Notes: generated by a model from the letters alone, not told the origin. Positions 13,651 through 28,530 are shown, counted from the stretch's first letter. The stretch: 64,000 nucleotides of DNA from the human T2T-CHM13v2.0 reference genome, Homo sapiens (GCF_009914755.1 NC_060936.1), one strand, 5' to 3'. Numbers and translations: made by a program.

Positions 13651-15357
13651 AGAAGGGAATCTGACAATAACTAATAAAACTATATATTAATTTACCCTTC
13701 ATTCCAGCAATCTCAATTCCAGGAATCCACTTCGAAGATAAACCTTAGCACTATGAAAATACAAATGAACCAAGTTTTTCATTGCAGCATTATTAATAAA
13801 TTCAAAATGCTGGAAACTACTTGAATATCCTAACGTTTGGAATATGCAGAATGGCCAAATACCATACAGCTGTAAAAAAGAATGAGGACAATGTCTACAA
13901 GTCAATATGGTGGAATTTCCAAGATATATCCATTAGGGGGGAAAAAAAGCAAAGTACAAAACACATGCTACTTTCTGTGTAAGAAAGAAGAAATAAGAAA
14001 ACATACATGTCTATTTTTGGAAAAGAAACACAGAAATAATAAATCAAAAAACATGAAAATTGGTTACTTACAAAAAGAGCAGGGACGGGAAAGTAGAAAA
14101 GGAAAGGACTGACTGTACATTTTTTGTGTAGGCAGTTCTGAACTTTTAGAAGCACATTAATGTTCTACATATTCAAAATGTAAAATTGAAACAAACTGGG
14201 TTGGGGCAGAGGGCCAAGAATTAAATGTGCTAACGCTGGGAGCTACCATTCTCGCTATGGAAGAATAAAGACAAAAATGGGATGAGGGGAAGGCAAGGAA
14301 GAACCCTGTAAACTGGACTGGAAGTGGAGCTATCAGTATGAACTCATGTTTCATATATATTTATACACAGCTATACACACATATACAGACAACATACACA
14401 TGCCTATCCACTTCTTAAAACACAAGAACCTCTGAAGGATTAGGGAAATAGTGGTCATTCAGACTACATAACAAATTAGGACTGTTTCAGCACTCAGCTA
14501 AAATCAGCCACACCAAGAAAAGAGTAATTTTTAAATGAAAAAAAGTGAGTTATTTTAGAGCAGGTAATGCAGAGCTTTATGTTTACTGTCTAAAACTTAA
14601 TCTTTTCCTTTTGGACCATTTGAGATTGGACAGCGGAGAGAAACTTGGCTTCTCTCCCTCTTGCCTATTAACCCATATTAATCTAAACAGGACCCCCATG
14701 TCTCATTTTACTAATATGAGCGATTTCATTTCCTTTTAGAATTTCCTTGACCATTGTTTACAGTTGTATTTCTACAGAAAAATTCATTTCAATTTCTAAA
14801 CCAATGAAAGAGAACTTTTGGAGCACAATCCAATTTTAGTAATTGCCTATACTTTAAACTCAAAAAGTTTGTTGAAATTAAGTAAACTCTAAATTCCAAG
14901 CTTCAGGCACCAGTCTACCTAATTTGTATTTCTCAATGTAGCCTCCGCCATTGCCGTATTTTATTGTGACAGTCATTCATAGATGCAATTTAGCAGGATG
15001 ATCAAGGGAGTGCCTTACCAAGAGTGGGACATTTGACCAAAAATCTAAATGAGGTGATAAGTAGTCTGGGACTTAAGTTCCTTAATAATAAAGCCTAGAG
15101 TCATTTTTCCTCTTGTAACAGACAACAGAAGTGCTTGCTTTTAACCTCCAATCAAAGGATCTCTTCAACTCACTGAATTGGGAAACGTAACTATGGGTAA
15201 ACGAAATCAATGTTTCACCAACATGTCCACTGTGTCTTCTATTTCCCACTGCAATCCCTCTGGTCACTATCCTCCCTCCCCCATCCTCAGGACAGTTTCC
15301 CTTATTTCAGGGGCTTTCTTCAACAACTTCTTTCAATCCAAACAGTAAATATGAAAT

Positions 15358-15530
15358 CAGTGACTCTCAAAGTATGGTCCCCAGACTAGCAGTATCAGCA
15401 TCACCATGGAGCTTGGCAGAAATGCAAATTCTCAGACCCACTCCAGACCTCTTAAGTCAGAAACTCTGGGGGTGTGGCCTCACCAAGCCTTCCAAGTGAT
15501 TCTGGTGCATGCTAAAGTTTGAGAACCATG
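15358..15530. mobile_element. MER5A hAT MITE
   Basis: cagtgactctcaaagtatggtcccc...agaaatgcaaattctcag...ctaaagtttgagaacca. Confidence 0.85.
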
Positions 15531-15578
15531 TTTTAGTTGACTAAAATTACATTTTAGTGTGAATTTCTTTGCTTTCTC

Positions 15579-15937
15579 TATTATGGACTGGATTGTGTCC
15601 CCCTAAAATTCCTATGTTAAAGCCTTAAATTCCAATGTGACCATATTTGGCAATAAGGTCTTAAGAGGTAATTAAGCATTAAAACAGGTCTTATGGGTGG
15701 GACCCTAATCCAATAGAACTGGTGTCCTTAAGAAGAGATACCAGCAAAAAGGCCATATGAGGACACAGCAAGAAGAAGGCCATCAGCAAGCCAAGGAGAG
15801 AGGCCTCAGGAGAAAACTTACCTTGCTGACACCTTGATCTTGGAATTCCAAACTCCAGAACTATGAGAAAATAAATTTCTGTTGTTTAAGCCACCTTGTC
15901 TGTAGCATTCTGTTATGGAGCCCTAGCAGACTAACAG
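15579..15937 (+). mobile_element. MLT1B-like MaLR solo LTR
   Basis: ttatggactggattgtgtcccc...ccagaactatgagaaaataaatttctgttgtttaagccac...agcagactaaca. Confidence 0.85.
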
Positions 15938-16824
15938 ATCCACTTTTGCTTCGGACATTATTTAATTTTAATATACTTTTTATCTCCAGGTATGGAATGA
16001 AAACACTACCATTTTTAAAGAAAGAAAATTTTCTAAAATTTCCTTCAGCATGTGTTCTTCAAGGCAATCTTTCACCATTTTTAGATGATGGATTATTTTA
16101 TACCCTAATCCCTTGAGAAGATAAACCAAAAGTATATCCAGCTTAAGCTGTTAGAAATGTATTTCCAAGTACTAAATAATGCAGTTCCAATATCTACAAT
16201 CCATTGTAATTTGATTTACTCTTTACCCTAAGCAAAGACCAGACCCCCTTCTCAAATTCCTTTCCTCTCTTCTCCCCTACTACAAGAATGCCAGATACTG
16301 ATATGCTTTTGCGTACACTAACTTTTATTTTACTTTGTAGTTAGAATTTTTAAAACCATAACTGTATTTTGCCTTTTATCCAATGTTACGCAACATTATC
16401 ATTAAACCTTCCAAAAAATTTCCCAAGGAAATTTTAGCAAAATTTGTTTTACAGTGAGTATACTCTTAAGAAATACTACTGTAATAAATGAATGTTATGG
16501 CCAACTAATCATACTGATAAACAACCTAACTGGTCTAAGAGCACTCTCTGGACAAAGGCCATTTCCATGTTTCACTATGCCTACATCGGTGCATGGCATA
16601 TTTATGTTCATTCTCAACCTGAAATTACATGATTCATGTATATGGTGTATAAACATGCACAGATGCACATAAATTTATATTAAAGTGACAATAAGTGTTA
16701 TTACAGTGGCCACATACACATTAAGAGAAAACTGAGTATTAGTCCAGATAAAAATATATAGATCCTGTCTCTACCATATATCTATAATTCCTTTAATATA
16801 ATACTCCTCCTGGGGTTACTAATA

Positions 16825-17457
16825 CAGTTGACCCTCTCTATCTGTGGGTTCTGTATCCAACCAACCACGAATAGAAAATATTCGGGGGGAAAAAAAAGGA
16901 TGTGTCTGAGCATTTACAGACATGTTTTTCTTGTCGTTATTCCCTGAACAATACAGCATAACAACTATTTACATAGCATTTAATTATGTTAGGTATTATA
17001 AGCAATCTAGAGATGATTAAAGTACAGCCATGCACTGCATAACGTTTCGGTCAACAAGGACAAACCACAGATTTGATAATGGTCCCATAAGATTATAATA
17101 CCAATTTTTACTGTAACGCTTTTATGTTTAGATACACAAACATTTACTGTCGTGTTACACTGCCTACAATATTTAGTACAGTAACATGCTATATGGGTTT
17201 GCAGCCTAGAAGCAATAGGCTATGCCACATAGCTTAGGGGCTGCAGTAGGCTATACCATCTAGGTTTGTGTAGTACACTGTGTGAATTTGCACAATAACG
17301 AAATTGCAACGCATTTCTGTATATGGGAGGATGTGTGTAGGTTACATGCAAACATATTTTACATGAGGTACTTGAACATCTGTGGGTTTTGCTATCTAGG
17401 TGGGTGGAGGTGGGGTGGTCCTGGAATTAATCCCCCATGGAAACTGAGGGACAACTG
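16825..17457. mobile_element. MER2 (Tigger) MITE split by a nested Tigger3a
   Basis: TA-flanked termini cagttgaccctc / gagggacaactg; MER2 body on both sides of the insert. Confidence 0.8.
17025..17319. mobile_element. Tigger3a (MER7A)-like element nested in MER2
   Basis: cagccatgcactgcataacgtttcggtcaac...ggtcccataagattataatacc...ggctataccatctaggtttgtg; TA duplication. Confidence 0.8.
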
Positions 17458-18554
17458 TACTTTCAAATTATTAGGCAGTAAGGCCAAGAAAGTGGTCAAA
17501 TCACCTAGTGTCTTTCTCACTACAAGAAACATTAAGTTTTATTCCATACACTCTATTTACTAAGAGAGAAAGATACTAATATTTTGGGATTAAATTCAAC
17601 ATGGGATTAAAATAAATGCTGCTTAAACAGCAATGTTAGTATTTTACAACTTACAATAATATTTACTTTTTAAACGTTTAAATCAAACAAAATATATTTC
17701 ATATATTTATTCAGGAACCATTAAAACATATCCAAGAATTCACTGGACTGTGAATTAGGAGGCAAAACTCATACAGTATGTGCAATATCACCTTTTCCAT
17801 CAATTTAGTTATATGTAGAATGCTAAATCAGATAGTTATTTAAAAACAAAAACAAAAGTAAACTAAAACCAAGAACATGTAAGAACACTCTCCTCCAGGT
17901 GAGGAGAAGAAAATCAAGACCACAGTGCTGACAAATCCAGAGCTCCTATGTAAGCACCCAAAGGCACTCACTTTCTTATAAATTAGACATCATTCCACAC
18001 CAAGGCTCTCAGCAGGCAGGAATCTAACCCAAGGAGAAGATACAGCCTTCAGCCAAGGTCAGATTTTTGTTCACTGTGCCAGGTGATGAATTTACAGCAC
18101 TTCATTTCATGTAACTGTTGAGGTCTCATCAATGTTACTCTTCATTACTGAGGATAACTGAGTGAACTATAAATAAAGCAGCAGTTCAAACTATTAACTG
18201 CACAAATGTTTTAGGTTATAAAATATCTGGAGACTCACATAAATTTTTTCACAACTATTATAAACTGCTGAATAGGGGAGTGAGCTCCAGGGATCAGGAG
18301 TCAGACTTCTAGCTCTGGACTGTACATTTTAATGAAACTATTTTATCCTAAGTCTTGCTCATTTAGCACTATGATAAATGGACAGACAATAAATTTCATT
18401 TTATATAGGACAGAGACTACCTGCTTTGGCCAATATTATCCCCAAAATCTAGCCTAGTATCTGAAACTATAGGTGGCACTACATACAGCTGGCACTCAAA
18501 TTCTTTGTTGAATGAATACTCCTTTTGTCACGGTTTAGGAAAGCTAAACATTGA

Positions 18555-18710
18555 ACAGTGGAACAGGCACTAAGGTGGGAGTCAGATCTGGGCTTTGATC
18601 CTTACTGCAGGGTCTTGGGGTAGGTTGCTGTGTACCTGGGACTCAGTCTTCTCATCTGTTAAAGAAAGGGCTGGACCAGGTTTTCAAAGCACTTTTCTAG
18701 CTCTAAAATT
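18555..18710 (+). mobile_element. MIR/MIR3 fragment
   Basis: ctcagtcttctcatctgttaaag...ctttttctagctctaaaattct-like MIR3 tail. Confidence 0.55.
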
Positions 18711-19054
18711 CTTTGTCTATCCCCCAAATCTTCCTTATGTCTCCCAGTCCAAGTATAAAATATTGGTTTTGCCATCCGTAAGCTTAGGGCTAATCGTATC
18801 TTTTGCTTATAGGTTCCTTTACCAAAAAATACACAGGAAGAAGCCTCAACCTTAGTTGTTATTTAGATTCATTATCAAATTCTCTTTGATAGTTCAGAAC
18901 CTTAGTTCACCACATTCACTGACTTCAGTGAATCTAAAAACCACCTATTCTGATTGGCAATAAACAGATGCTCTTTAGACGTTGTTTTCAATGCTAGCAC
19001 TCTTTTTAAAACTTACATACAGTCTGTATTTCAGCTTCTCTTGTCAGGTCCTAA

Positions 19055-19192
19055 CAGGGCTACAAAATAAAATACAAGCTACCCAGTTAAATTTAAATTT
19101 CAGATAATCAACAAATAATTTTTTAATCCCATGTATGTCCTATACAATACTTAGGACACTCATACTAAAAAAAATTATTCACTGGCAATCTG
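19055..19192. mobile_element. MER53-like hAT MITE, partial
   Basis: cccagttaaatttaaatttcagata...gtatgtcc...atactaaaaaaaattattc. Confidence 0.65.
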
Positions 19193-20949
19193 GTCCTGAT
19201 TTCCTAGTGTCATAAATTAACAGTTTCCAAAGAAATGTAATTTTACAATGCAGGTAAACACGAAATAAAATTTAAACTTTCTTTGATTCAGAAGGAAATT
19301 GGGTCTTCCAGCAGCTGAGTATAAACTCACTCTGTCTCCCAACCTACCACACTCACAAAACATTGGAAATGAACTGTAAAATGGCGTTTCCATCTGGCCT
19401 GCCTTTCTGGCCCCAGACAAATGCACTAACAACCATCATGCCTCTGAGAGGGAATTTAAAAACACTAAATTCCCAATTTGCAGCTCTGGGGCTGCCTTAT
19501 TCCACATCTGGCCCATATTTAATACGGCTTCTTACTCCTTATCTATTTGTTAACTTGCTATATATTTGTAGACTTCCATTTGTCTATTTTAAACATACAT
19601 ATTAGAAACTAGTAAGGGAGATACCTTTTGTATCCTCACCTTCATCTCCTATCCTTCCTCATACACATAGTACACACAAAGTCATGTATACAGAAGTTTA
19701 GCAAATATTTTCTGAATATCAAAAGTTTAGCAAATGTTTTCTAAATATTAAATGTCATTGTAGGATACTGTAAATACAGAAATTGTAATGGTCTGAATTG
19801 AATTCCTACTAATCCTAACACAAACCTAGAATTCAACTTTTGAATAAATTCCTATCAATTGCTTTACTTTTCTATAGTTTAGGCATAAAATGTACAGAAA
19901 CCCCAGTTATGAACTTTCTGTATGCTAGGATTCTTTGTGGTAAGCTTTTACTGAATAGCTAAGATACTCTAAACTCTGTCCTATATGCTGCTTACTATGT
20001 GGTATGACTATAAAGCAATAACAGATATTTCAAAATAAATACCAGAACATATATAGCCTAATAAATGTTTATTTTTCTACCAAGAATTAACTTAAATCAT
20101 TCTAATAATGCTGCCATTGCTTAAAACATTTGCTCTCCTTTTTTGAAATTTCCTTTATACTCTGGGATACTTTTTAAAGAAAATATCCTCAATGATGGCA
20201 AATCTTTTTTTTTTTTGGAAGATTTATCATTAAGAGTAATTCTGTATAAAAGTCTTATTAATAAAGTGGGTAGCTCACACATTTTAAGTATAGGGACATC
20301 GGTAAAAATTATATCACAAATACTGTTGTTTATCAGAGGCAAGGCAATAAAGTGTCTTGTAATACAGGATCCCCTGAATCAACTCAGAATGTCAACAACT
20401 TAAGTCCAAAGAACTTGCTCATTCTTGTGAGTTGAATTAAACAGTTTTGCTTTTTTTAAAAAAAAAAAACTAATAAACACGTATTTTACCATTTATTACT
20501 TACCACTTACTAATTTTGACATGAATGCTTTCTAAGATCTTGATTATTGTGCTTTTCTACTACAGACCTTAACTATTTTCCCCTGCTATCACTGGAAATA
20601 CCACATTTAATCAAGAATTACTATTTTCTCCTAAAACTTCTGGTAGTATAAATTCTCCCTTTAAAATCAGGATAATATCAAATCTTCACTGCTTGTCACT
20701 TTAAGTGAGTGGCACAATATTCCCACAACCTAAGGAGAACTGGATTTAAATCTGGCTTTTTTGCAGTCAATATTTAGAATCAATAAGAATAAACCAAATC
20801 CCTAGCCTCTTGTACATTTTCCATCAATCTTTGGGTAAATTAGGCAAGCACTTTAAGAATCATCCAAGAACATTTTAATTCCAAAAAGGAAAAACGATCT
20901 AGTTTTTGACATTATTTCAAACTTCTAGTAACATGTGAGAGGCTCAACT

Positions 20950-21120
20950 GTGTACAGCAGAAAGAGCAGTGGACTAGAGTTAGACAGCTGGGCCCACATG
21001 CCTTTCTGCCATTCAGCATTTGGGCATGTAAACTGATTCATTTCTCTGTCTACAGGGAAAAAAAAATCATCATCCTATTTAGAGGGCTATTATATGGATT
21101 AAATGATACCAACTGTTACA
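20950..21120 (+). mobile_element. MIR fragment
   Basis: gaaagagcagtggactagagttagac...ggattaaatga. Confidence 0.55.
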
Positions 21121-22182
21121 TGCAACATGCTTCTGATACAATCAGTCCTCTTCTAACTAAAAAAGAAAATCAGATTCTTTATCCTTATGACCTCAAATAT
21201 TAAAGTCTATAAGCCAACTCCATTTTCTTTAAGGAAAGCAATGGTTTGAAGTCTGTGACTGTTATTAGTATGATACTCAAACTCTTCTCCATGTCAAAAA
21301 CACTTATTTATTCACCAGAATTGGGTTATAAGATATTTGCCATAAGCTAAAACTTGTCATTATAAAGACAAACCTTTATTAAATACTTTACACAAAAATC
21401 TTCTGTCAATGTACCACATAATTTATCCTAGATAATTTGTAAAAGTCAAACATAATTAACCAGAAAGTGATCACTCAGGATTATTACTCAGTTTGTTAAG
21501 ACTTATAATACATGTCACATACTATGCTAGGTCCCAACAAAGAACTGAGTCTATCTAGGGAGACAGATTTGCAAACAGATAAACTTAAGAGCCATATTTC
21601 CGACTCAAATAATCATTCTTTCCACTTCCCAGCATTCTTAGCCCACAAAACAGGAAAGTCCACCCCTTTTTCCATGTTGAGTCTATGGGAATTTGAATCC
21701 CTAATTTTTGTTTAAAATATCTTTCAGAAGCCTATAATTAAGAAGTAACACTGAAACCAAAAGCTAGCTTAGACACAGATTGCCTGTCACAAGTCAGGCA
21801 AAGCAATTAAAGAATTTGCCAACTCAGAAAATCACAGAATTTTCAAACTAAGAAAGGATGGTGTTTCCTTTTCATGCATTAGTACTCAGGGTCACTATTA
21901 CATTAAGGACAAAAATAAAAATTAAAAACACAAAGACAATTAAAAAGCTGGGATTAACCAGTAGGAAATTCTAATGAAACCTATACACTTTAAGTTTCAA
22001 AGTTACAGGTCAATGACAAAGCTGCTAAAGAGGTTAAGATCATAGAACATAGGTTAAAAAAAAAAGCAACATGCTACCATGATGTTATTCTTAATCAATG
22101 GCCAAAATGATTTAGTTGACTTAAAACTCAGGCTAAGACTCAAATTTTTCTATATTGAAGAAAGTGAACTATGCCTAGACGA

Positions 22183-22870
22183 CAGCAGATCCTTGAATAA
22201 TATTTCATTTAACATGGTTTCATTACGACATTGATGAGAAAAAACAAAATCAATTCCAGGCTGGGACGACTGTGTGGAATCTTCACTTTCTCCCTATATC
22301 TGCATGGGTTTTCTCCAGGTATTCTGGTTTTCTCCCACATACTAAAGATGTGCTTCAGGGAGAGGCTCTGGCCACTCATGACCCTGAACTGGAATCAGCA
22401 GATCAGAGAAATGAATTAATAATTACAAATTATTGTCAAATAAAAATTACTAAAGTATACAATAATCATACAAATGCTCTATAAGAAATGATGTGGTATG
22501 AGAGCAATCTGCAAGCTTGCTGTTTTTATGATTGTTTTTGAACTTCGTGTGGTAGGAGGTGCTCCTTACAATTTTCACTTAGCAAACATTTATTCTTTGA
22601 TTTAACCTACTACCTACCATGACCACTGTCACTCACTGATTCACCAAAAATTGGGTTGTCTTATTAATCTTTCTTAAATGTATGTATGGAATTACTTATT
22701 TCAATGTTTAATATCAGATATTTGGTAATGTTTTTGTGACCAGAAATATGCCATAAGAACTTAACTCTTGTTTATATCGACTAGTCTATGGTAAAATTGG
22801 TTTCGTTACACATCATTTCACTTAATGTTGCAGTGTCCAAGAACCTATTGGCCACACTGAGGATGTACTG
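22183..22870. mobile_element. MER6 (Tigger-family) DNA transposon
   Basis: Starts cagcagatccttgaataa; internal tgtgtgga...ttctccc...tctgcatgggttttctccagg...ctcccaca; ends actg-ta. Confidence 0.8.
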
Positions 22871-24577
22871 TATGCTTCTGTCAGTAAAGTATTTCTGAAT
22901 GTATACTTAATTTTTCATTTTACTCCCTACAACTAGTATTAAGCCAATAATTTATTTTCTAACTGTTATTTCAGAATTAAGTAAATACTGAATATGAAGT
23001 GATGGCAACACAGACAAGGAAATGACTGTGCCTAGGGAAGCTGCAGCAATGCCTTATCAAAGAACTGACTTTTAAAGTGAGTCTTGAATGAAGAGTCCTA
23101 TTTTGTAATATTTAGGCAAGGGGAGTATGATTTACAAAGGCATAAACAATGAAAAGGTTGGGCATGTCTTTAACACAGGAAGAACTCCTGCTATGATACG
23201 AAGTAACCATTGTGACAGGAGGAATGGAGCAGTATAGAAGGCTCAGAGTTTAACTGGACACATTCATTTATTAAGTACTAACTTAATGAATAATCTAAAT
23301 GATAAGCACCTAACTTTCTGGACAGGACAGAAGAACTTCATGAAGGAGCTTCATAATGAGTCCTAAAAAAATGACTAGTTTGGATGAGGACATTCCAGAT
23401 AGGAAGAGCAGCACACAGCCGTTGCTTTTTAACCAAATTGTCCATGCCTATTAAGTTTTGTGAATTCTTATTTTTTACTTTAAAAACCTTCTTTTCCATC
23501 ACTAAAATGTAAATTTTCAATTAGTTCCTATGATACTTGTGCTTGATTCTAAACAGTCTTTCTAGTTTCTGAAATTTGCTCTCTTTCATCTGCAGTGTGC
23601 TGGCAAACCAGTTATCAAAATGTATTTAAAATATGAATAAATACAGCAAGTAAACACCTAAAGTGGAGTAAGGTGCTGAGAGTCTTGATTCATGAACTTC
23701 TGGCGGCTTAGAGGGCTTTTCTGCCAATTTCCTGGTTCTCTACTTTGTTTTACATGGTTCAGGAAACTGGATAAATAATAGCCTTAGGCTGGGAGAAAAA
23801 TTATCCTACACCTCTCTCCATTCTTCTTCTATTTCTGCTTTCTCTTTGATTCCTCCCCATTCCAGTAGCATTCCAGATAGCGATTAGTCCACTAAGTTAC
23901 ATTCCAGGACAAGAAGACTGGTTTCCACTGACCTCAAAATTAGAGGAATGTCATGGTACAATTAATTTGATACATTTCGTCCTTTTATACCCATAACTAT
24001 TCTAAGTAATTATTACTTGAGTAGCCAAAAGAAACACTTGCACTGAATGTTCAAATACATATATATAGAGAAAGATGTGTATCTACTAACTAGATATAAA
24101 AAAGTTATATTCAACTACATAATCTGTCCTATTCTCTCTCCCTCTCATATCCCACTTACAGCTGTCACCTTAATTTTAAAAAATCCCCAATGCCACTATA
24201 ATCTATGACTTTTAATGACAACCTCAAACTCCTTCTGTGCATGTGCAGATCTAGATTAAACTATAATCTCTCAACATCCCCCAAACCACTCAAAGTTTCC
24301 TCCTTTCAACTCCTTAGGGTATCTGCTTATGGGGGGGTTACCTGGTATCAAATACATTGAAGGGGCATGGCCAAAGAATCTGCTCAAAAGAGCTTTCCCT
24401 CCACTCGGAAATAAGGCCTTCAACCAATACAGTTCCCACTTGTGGAAACATTTAATTTAAATCTAGGGCCACAGGTATACTTCAGGAAGGGAGACAGGAG
24501 GAGCAAGTCCAACATTATGAAAAACTGATAGCCTGGCTTGCTACCTAGGCTGTGTGCAGAAGTACAAACAGAGCTCA

Positions 24578-24958
<381 letters not shown>

Positions 24959-27770
24959 AAGAATTATAAGAATAGGATACAATGGTAGCAAAACTACTGA
25001 AGTCTGAAGGTTTGACAGCAGATTCTAGAACGCTTTTCTTCTTTACTTGTATAAGAATAGCTGGAAACAATATACCCCTATTCATTATAGAAGAGATCAC
25101 AGACCAGGAATGGGACATGTGCACACACTTACACTGGTTCTGGAAGCATACAGCACCTGATGAATCACTGCACAAAAAAGGAAACCAAGAAGGAACACCA
25201 GACACACTGAGCAAGGCTGACTTAAAGCTCTACATAACAGTCTCTCCTCTCAGCAGGTCACAGTTGTTACGGTCTACCCTAGCAATCATATAAATATTTT
25301 TTAAAAGAAAATATTTATCTCAAATCTGAAATTTTCTACTTGAAATGAGAATTAAAAAAAAGAAAAAAATTCATATATGATGTCACAGAAAGAGCCTGCC
25401 AAGACACCTTTAAATTTCCCTAGTTTTACCTCGTTTACAATACTGAAACTTAACTTTTTTGGACTAACTCTTTAGCTGTAGTTGTATTTAAGTTTAGATG
25501 TCAAACTTCTGAAGTTTTCTCCTCTATTAAAAAAAAAGATAGATACATTAATCTATTAAGCAACATTTTACAAAAACATCTACTCACTGGCATTTTTAAA
25601 TAGTAATACCCATTTCCATTGGCTGCTTCTTAGTATTCTATTCTATTTAGTAAAGTCTATCCTGCTCTTTAGAAGCAGGGATAGTAAAATTCTTGTTTCA
25701 CAAAAAATTAAATTTATATAACATAGTTATAAGAAAATATTTCCAATCTTTGTGTCATTTACCTGACATATCATTCAGCTCAAATTTAAAAGAAACAGTA
25801 TCTGTGATAAATTCTCACCCCAAGCACACTACAGTTTCTATAAGATGCAGAAGTCCAGTGTCAGTGGATTCAAGCTCAAGACCAGACACAAGAGGCTCAT
25901 TCAAGAATCATTAACAACCTCACAGGTATAAACAGGGCATTGTGCCAAGGGTGAGTGACAGAAAGATGCACAGTTCCTGCTCCCAAATTGAACATGTCAC
26001 GGAAGTGTCAAACATGTGAACAACAAAATATGAATTCTTAAAAGTGCTATGGAAATTTGGAAAAGTAAAGCAGAGACCTGGAAATGAGTGGGACATACTA
26101 TAGACACAGCAAGAAAAGACAGACTCCCCAAAATCTGACCAGCCTCAGAGAAAGGAGACTGGAAGAAAATTTTAGTCATAAGACCACAAACTACCAAAAT
26201 CCTTTAAATACAGTAAATACAGAGAAACAATCATAAATGAAGACAAACATATGCAAATAAAGATGCTCACTGGAAGATTATTTAACAGAAAAGAATTAAA
26301 ATCAAAACATCCAATAACAAGGGACTAGCCATAGGATACAACATTATTAAAATGTTGTTAATGAAAAAATTTAATGACATGAGAAAATAATACAGTTTCT
26401 AAAAAGCACATAATTATACCTACATTATCTGAAGGATGTTAATAGGTAAGTTTTTCAAAAGATAAAAACCATTAAAGTGTTAAAACTAGCTATTTCTCAG
26501 ACGGAGGATTATGAGTGATTTGTTTCACTTTACATTGTCCTATTTTCCAAACATTATATAGTGTTACATTTCTAACTGGTAAAAAGGTTATGTAAGTCAC
26601 TGTATTTTAGGGTATTCATAGCCCTTTAAAACTATTCATAGCCCTTTTCATCTCTTTCTATAGAGAATATCTCATCCATATATTACACAGAACCCACTCA
26701 TTTAAATGGGTTAATATGTGTAAATTGCTTTGAACAGTACCAGCAGGTAGAAGGCAGCTACACAGGTGTTCATTTTATTCAATAATCATACATTCCCTTT
26801 AGTCAAAGTAACTAGTGTGTTTTGGAGCTAGTCTGTTTTTCATGGCATGTTAACAAAAGAACATTAGTTTTGTTTTTTTTTTCACCCTCTAAATTCTAAC
26901 ATCTCTTAAGAAATGACTGCTGTTTTCCCGAGATTCTACTTCCTTCAAAAAAAAAAAAAAAAAGCAAGAAGTAATTCAAATATCAAGTTCCTTAATAGGA
27001 AGACAGAAATTTAATGAGTGGAATGGAATTTGGCCTTATCCAGATGAAGAAACAGAAATCATACACCAGACTCTTATCAGGCAGTGGGCTATATGTAATT
27101 ATTTGGAAAAAATGTCTTTATATGTCTTTATGAGCTTGGGGTATGGCGGGTCAGAATCTCAGGGGAAGACTCAAGAAACCAAATAAGGCAATCAATTGTT
27201 CTATATAATAAAGAAATGAGGAATCTGGATTTGCAAAGTAGAGGATGACTGGAGGGAGAAATTAAGGAAGGGGACTCTTGAGTTATCCATAGACTGTCTT
27301 CACTAAAGAAATGTTCCTTCATGTCCACATTGCTCACTTCTGCTTTTGTAAAAATGGATTATTTTACCCAAAGTAAAATTGAGTTGTGTATCTAAATTGC
27401 ACAAGACTGTACAAAGACACAGGAGATGAATGACAGATGACATATCTGGGTTATCCACACATTTAAACTTATTTCATACATGTATTCATTTTCAGTTTTG
27501 ACAAACTTATACATGCATAAAGTCTGTTTAGGAAAACAAATCCAAAAGGCTTTTTTTTTTTTTTTTTAAATATTAGCAGTCCTCTTAGTTCCTCCCCACC
27601 CCCACCGTTTTTTCAAATATCAGCAGTCCTCTTAGTCCCCCATCCCATTTTCTACTCTGAAGCAACTAGGAAAAGTACCCTCAAATCCTTCATCTCCACA
27701 AATAATGCTTACAAAGCTACCGCTTGCTTTTTCAGTTACAGGCTTCATATATATCTTTCCCCCACCTGCC

Positions 27771-27993
27771 GAGATGGAGTCTCGCTCTGTTGTCCAGGCT
27801 GGAGTGCAGTGGCACGATCTCAGCTCACTACCTCCGCCTCCTGGGCTCAAACAATTCTCCTGCCTCAGCCTCTAGTAGTGGCGATTACAGGCCCATGCCA
27901 CTACGCCCGGCTAATTTTTGTATTTTTAGTAAAGACGGGGTTTCACCATTTTGGCCAGGCTGGTCTCGAACTCCTGACCTCAAGTGATCCACT
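27771..27993 (-). mobile_element. AluS, truncated
   Basis: gagatggagtctcgctctgttgtccaggctgg...gaactcctgacctcaagtgatcc. Confidence 0.93.
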
Positions 27994-28049
27994 CATATCT
28001 TTTATCACCATTCTTCTTCCCATCCCCAGCACAAACACAAATGCTTCCT

Positions 28050-28530
28050 AAAGTACTTTTATCAAGAACATATAAAGAAATTACAACTCGATAATAGGAA
28101 GAGACTGTATGTTACTGGAACCAAAATGTCCATCAACAGGCGAACGGACAAATTGTGGTGTATCTATACAGTGAATCCTCATCAGCAATAACAAGAACTA
28201 TTAATATACACAACATGGATGAAACTCAATTATGGTGAGTGAATGTCAGACCAAAAAAGAACACATACTGTATGATTCCATGTACATAAAATTCCAGAAA
28301 AGTCAAATTATTCTATAGCGACAGAAAGCAGATCGGGGCTGCCTGAGGAAAGGAGGAGCTGGGGTAGGGGAAGGGAAGGAAGATAAGGAGGCACAAAAAA
28401 TTTAGGGGAATGATTACCTGACTGTGGTGGCGACTGTGGAAATATATACATGCCTCAGAACTCAAGTTTTTCACTTTAAGTGTAAAGTTTATTCTATGCC
28501 AATTATATCTTAGTAAGACTATAACAAATT
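28050..28530 (+). mobile_element. L1M (MB/MC-like) 3' fragments
   Basis: aaatgtccatcaacaggcgaacggacaaattgtggtg...tactgtatgattcca...tatgccaattatatc. Confidence 0.7.

Larger units (their letters stand above)
9340..14330 (+). mobile_element. Old fragmented L1 (L1M-type) with ORF1/ORF2/3'UTR relics, interrupted by an Alu and an MLT1 LTR
   Basis: A-rich strand; decayed L1 motifs (accatgatcaagtggaatttataccagg; gagaaatgcaaattaaaact; ccagcaatctcaattccaggaat); no intact ORF. Confidence 0.75.
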
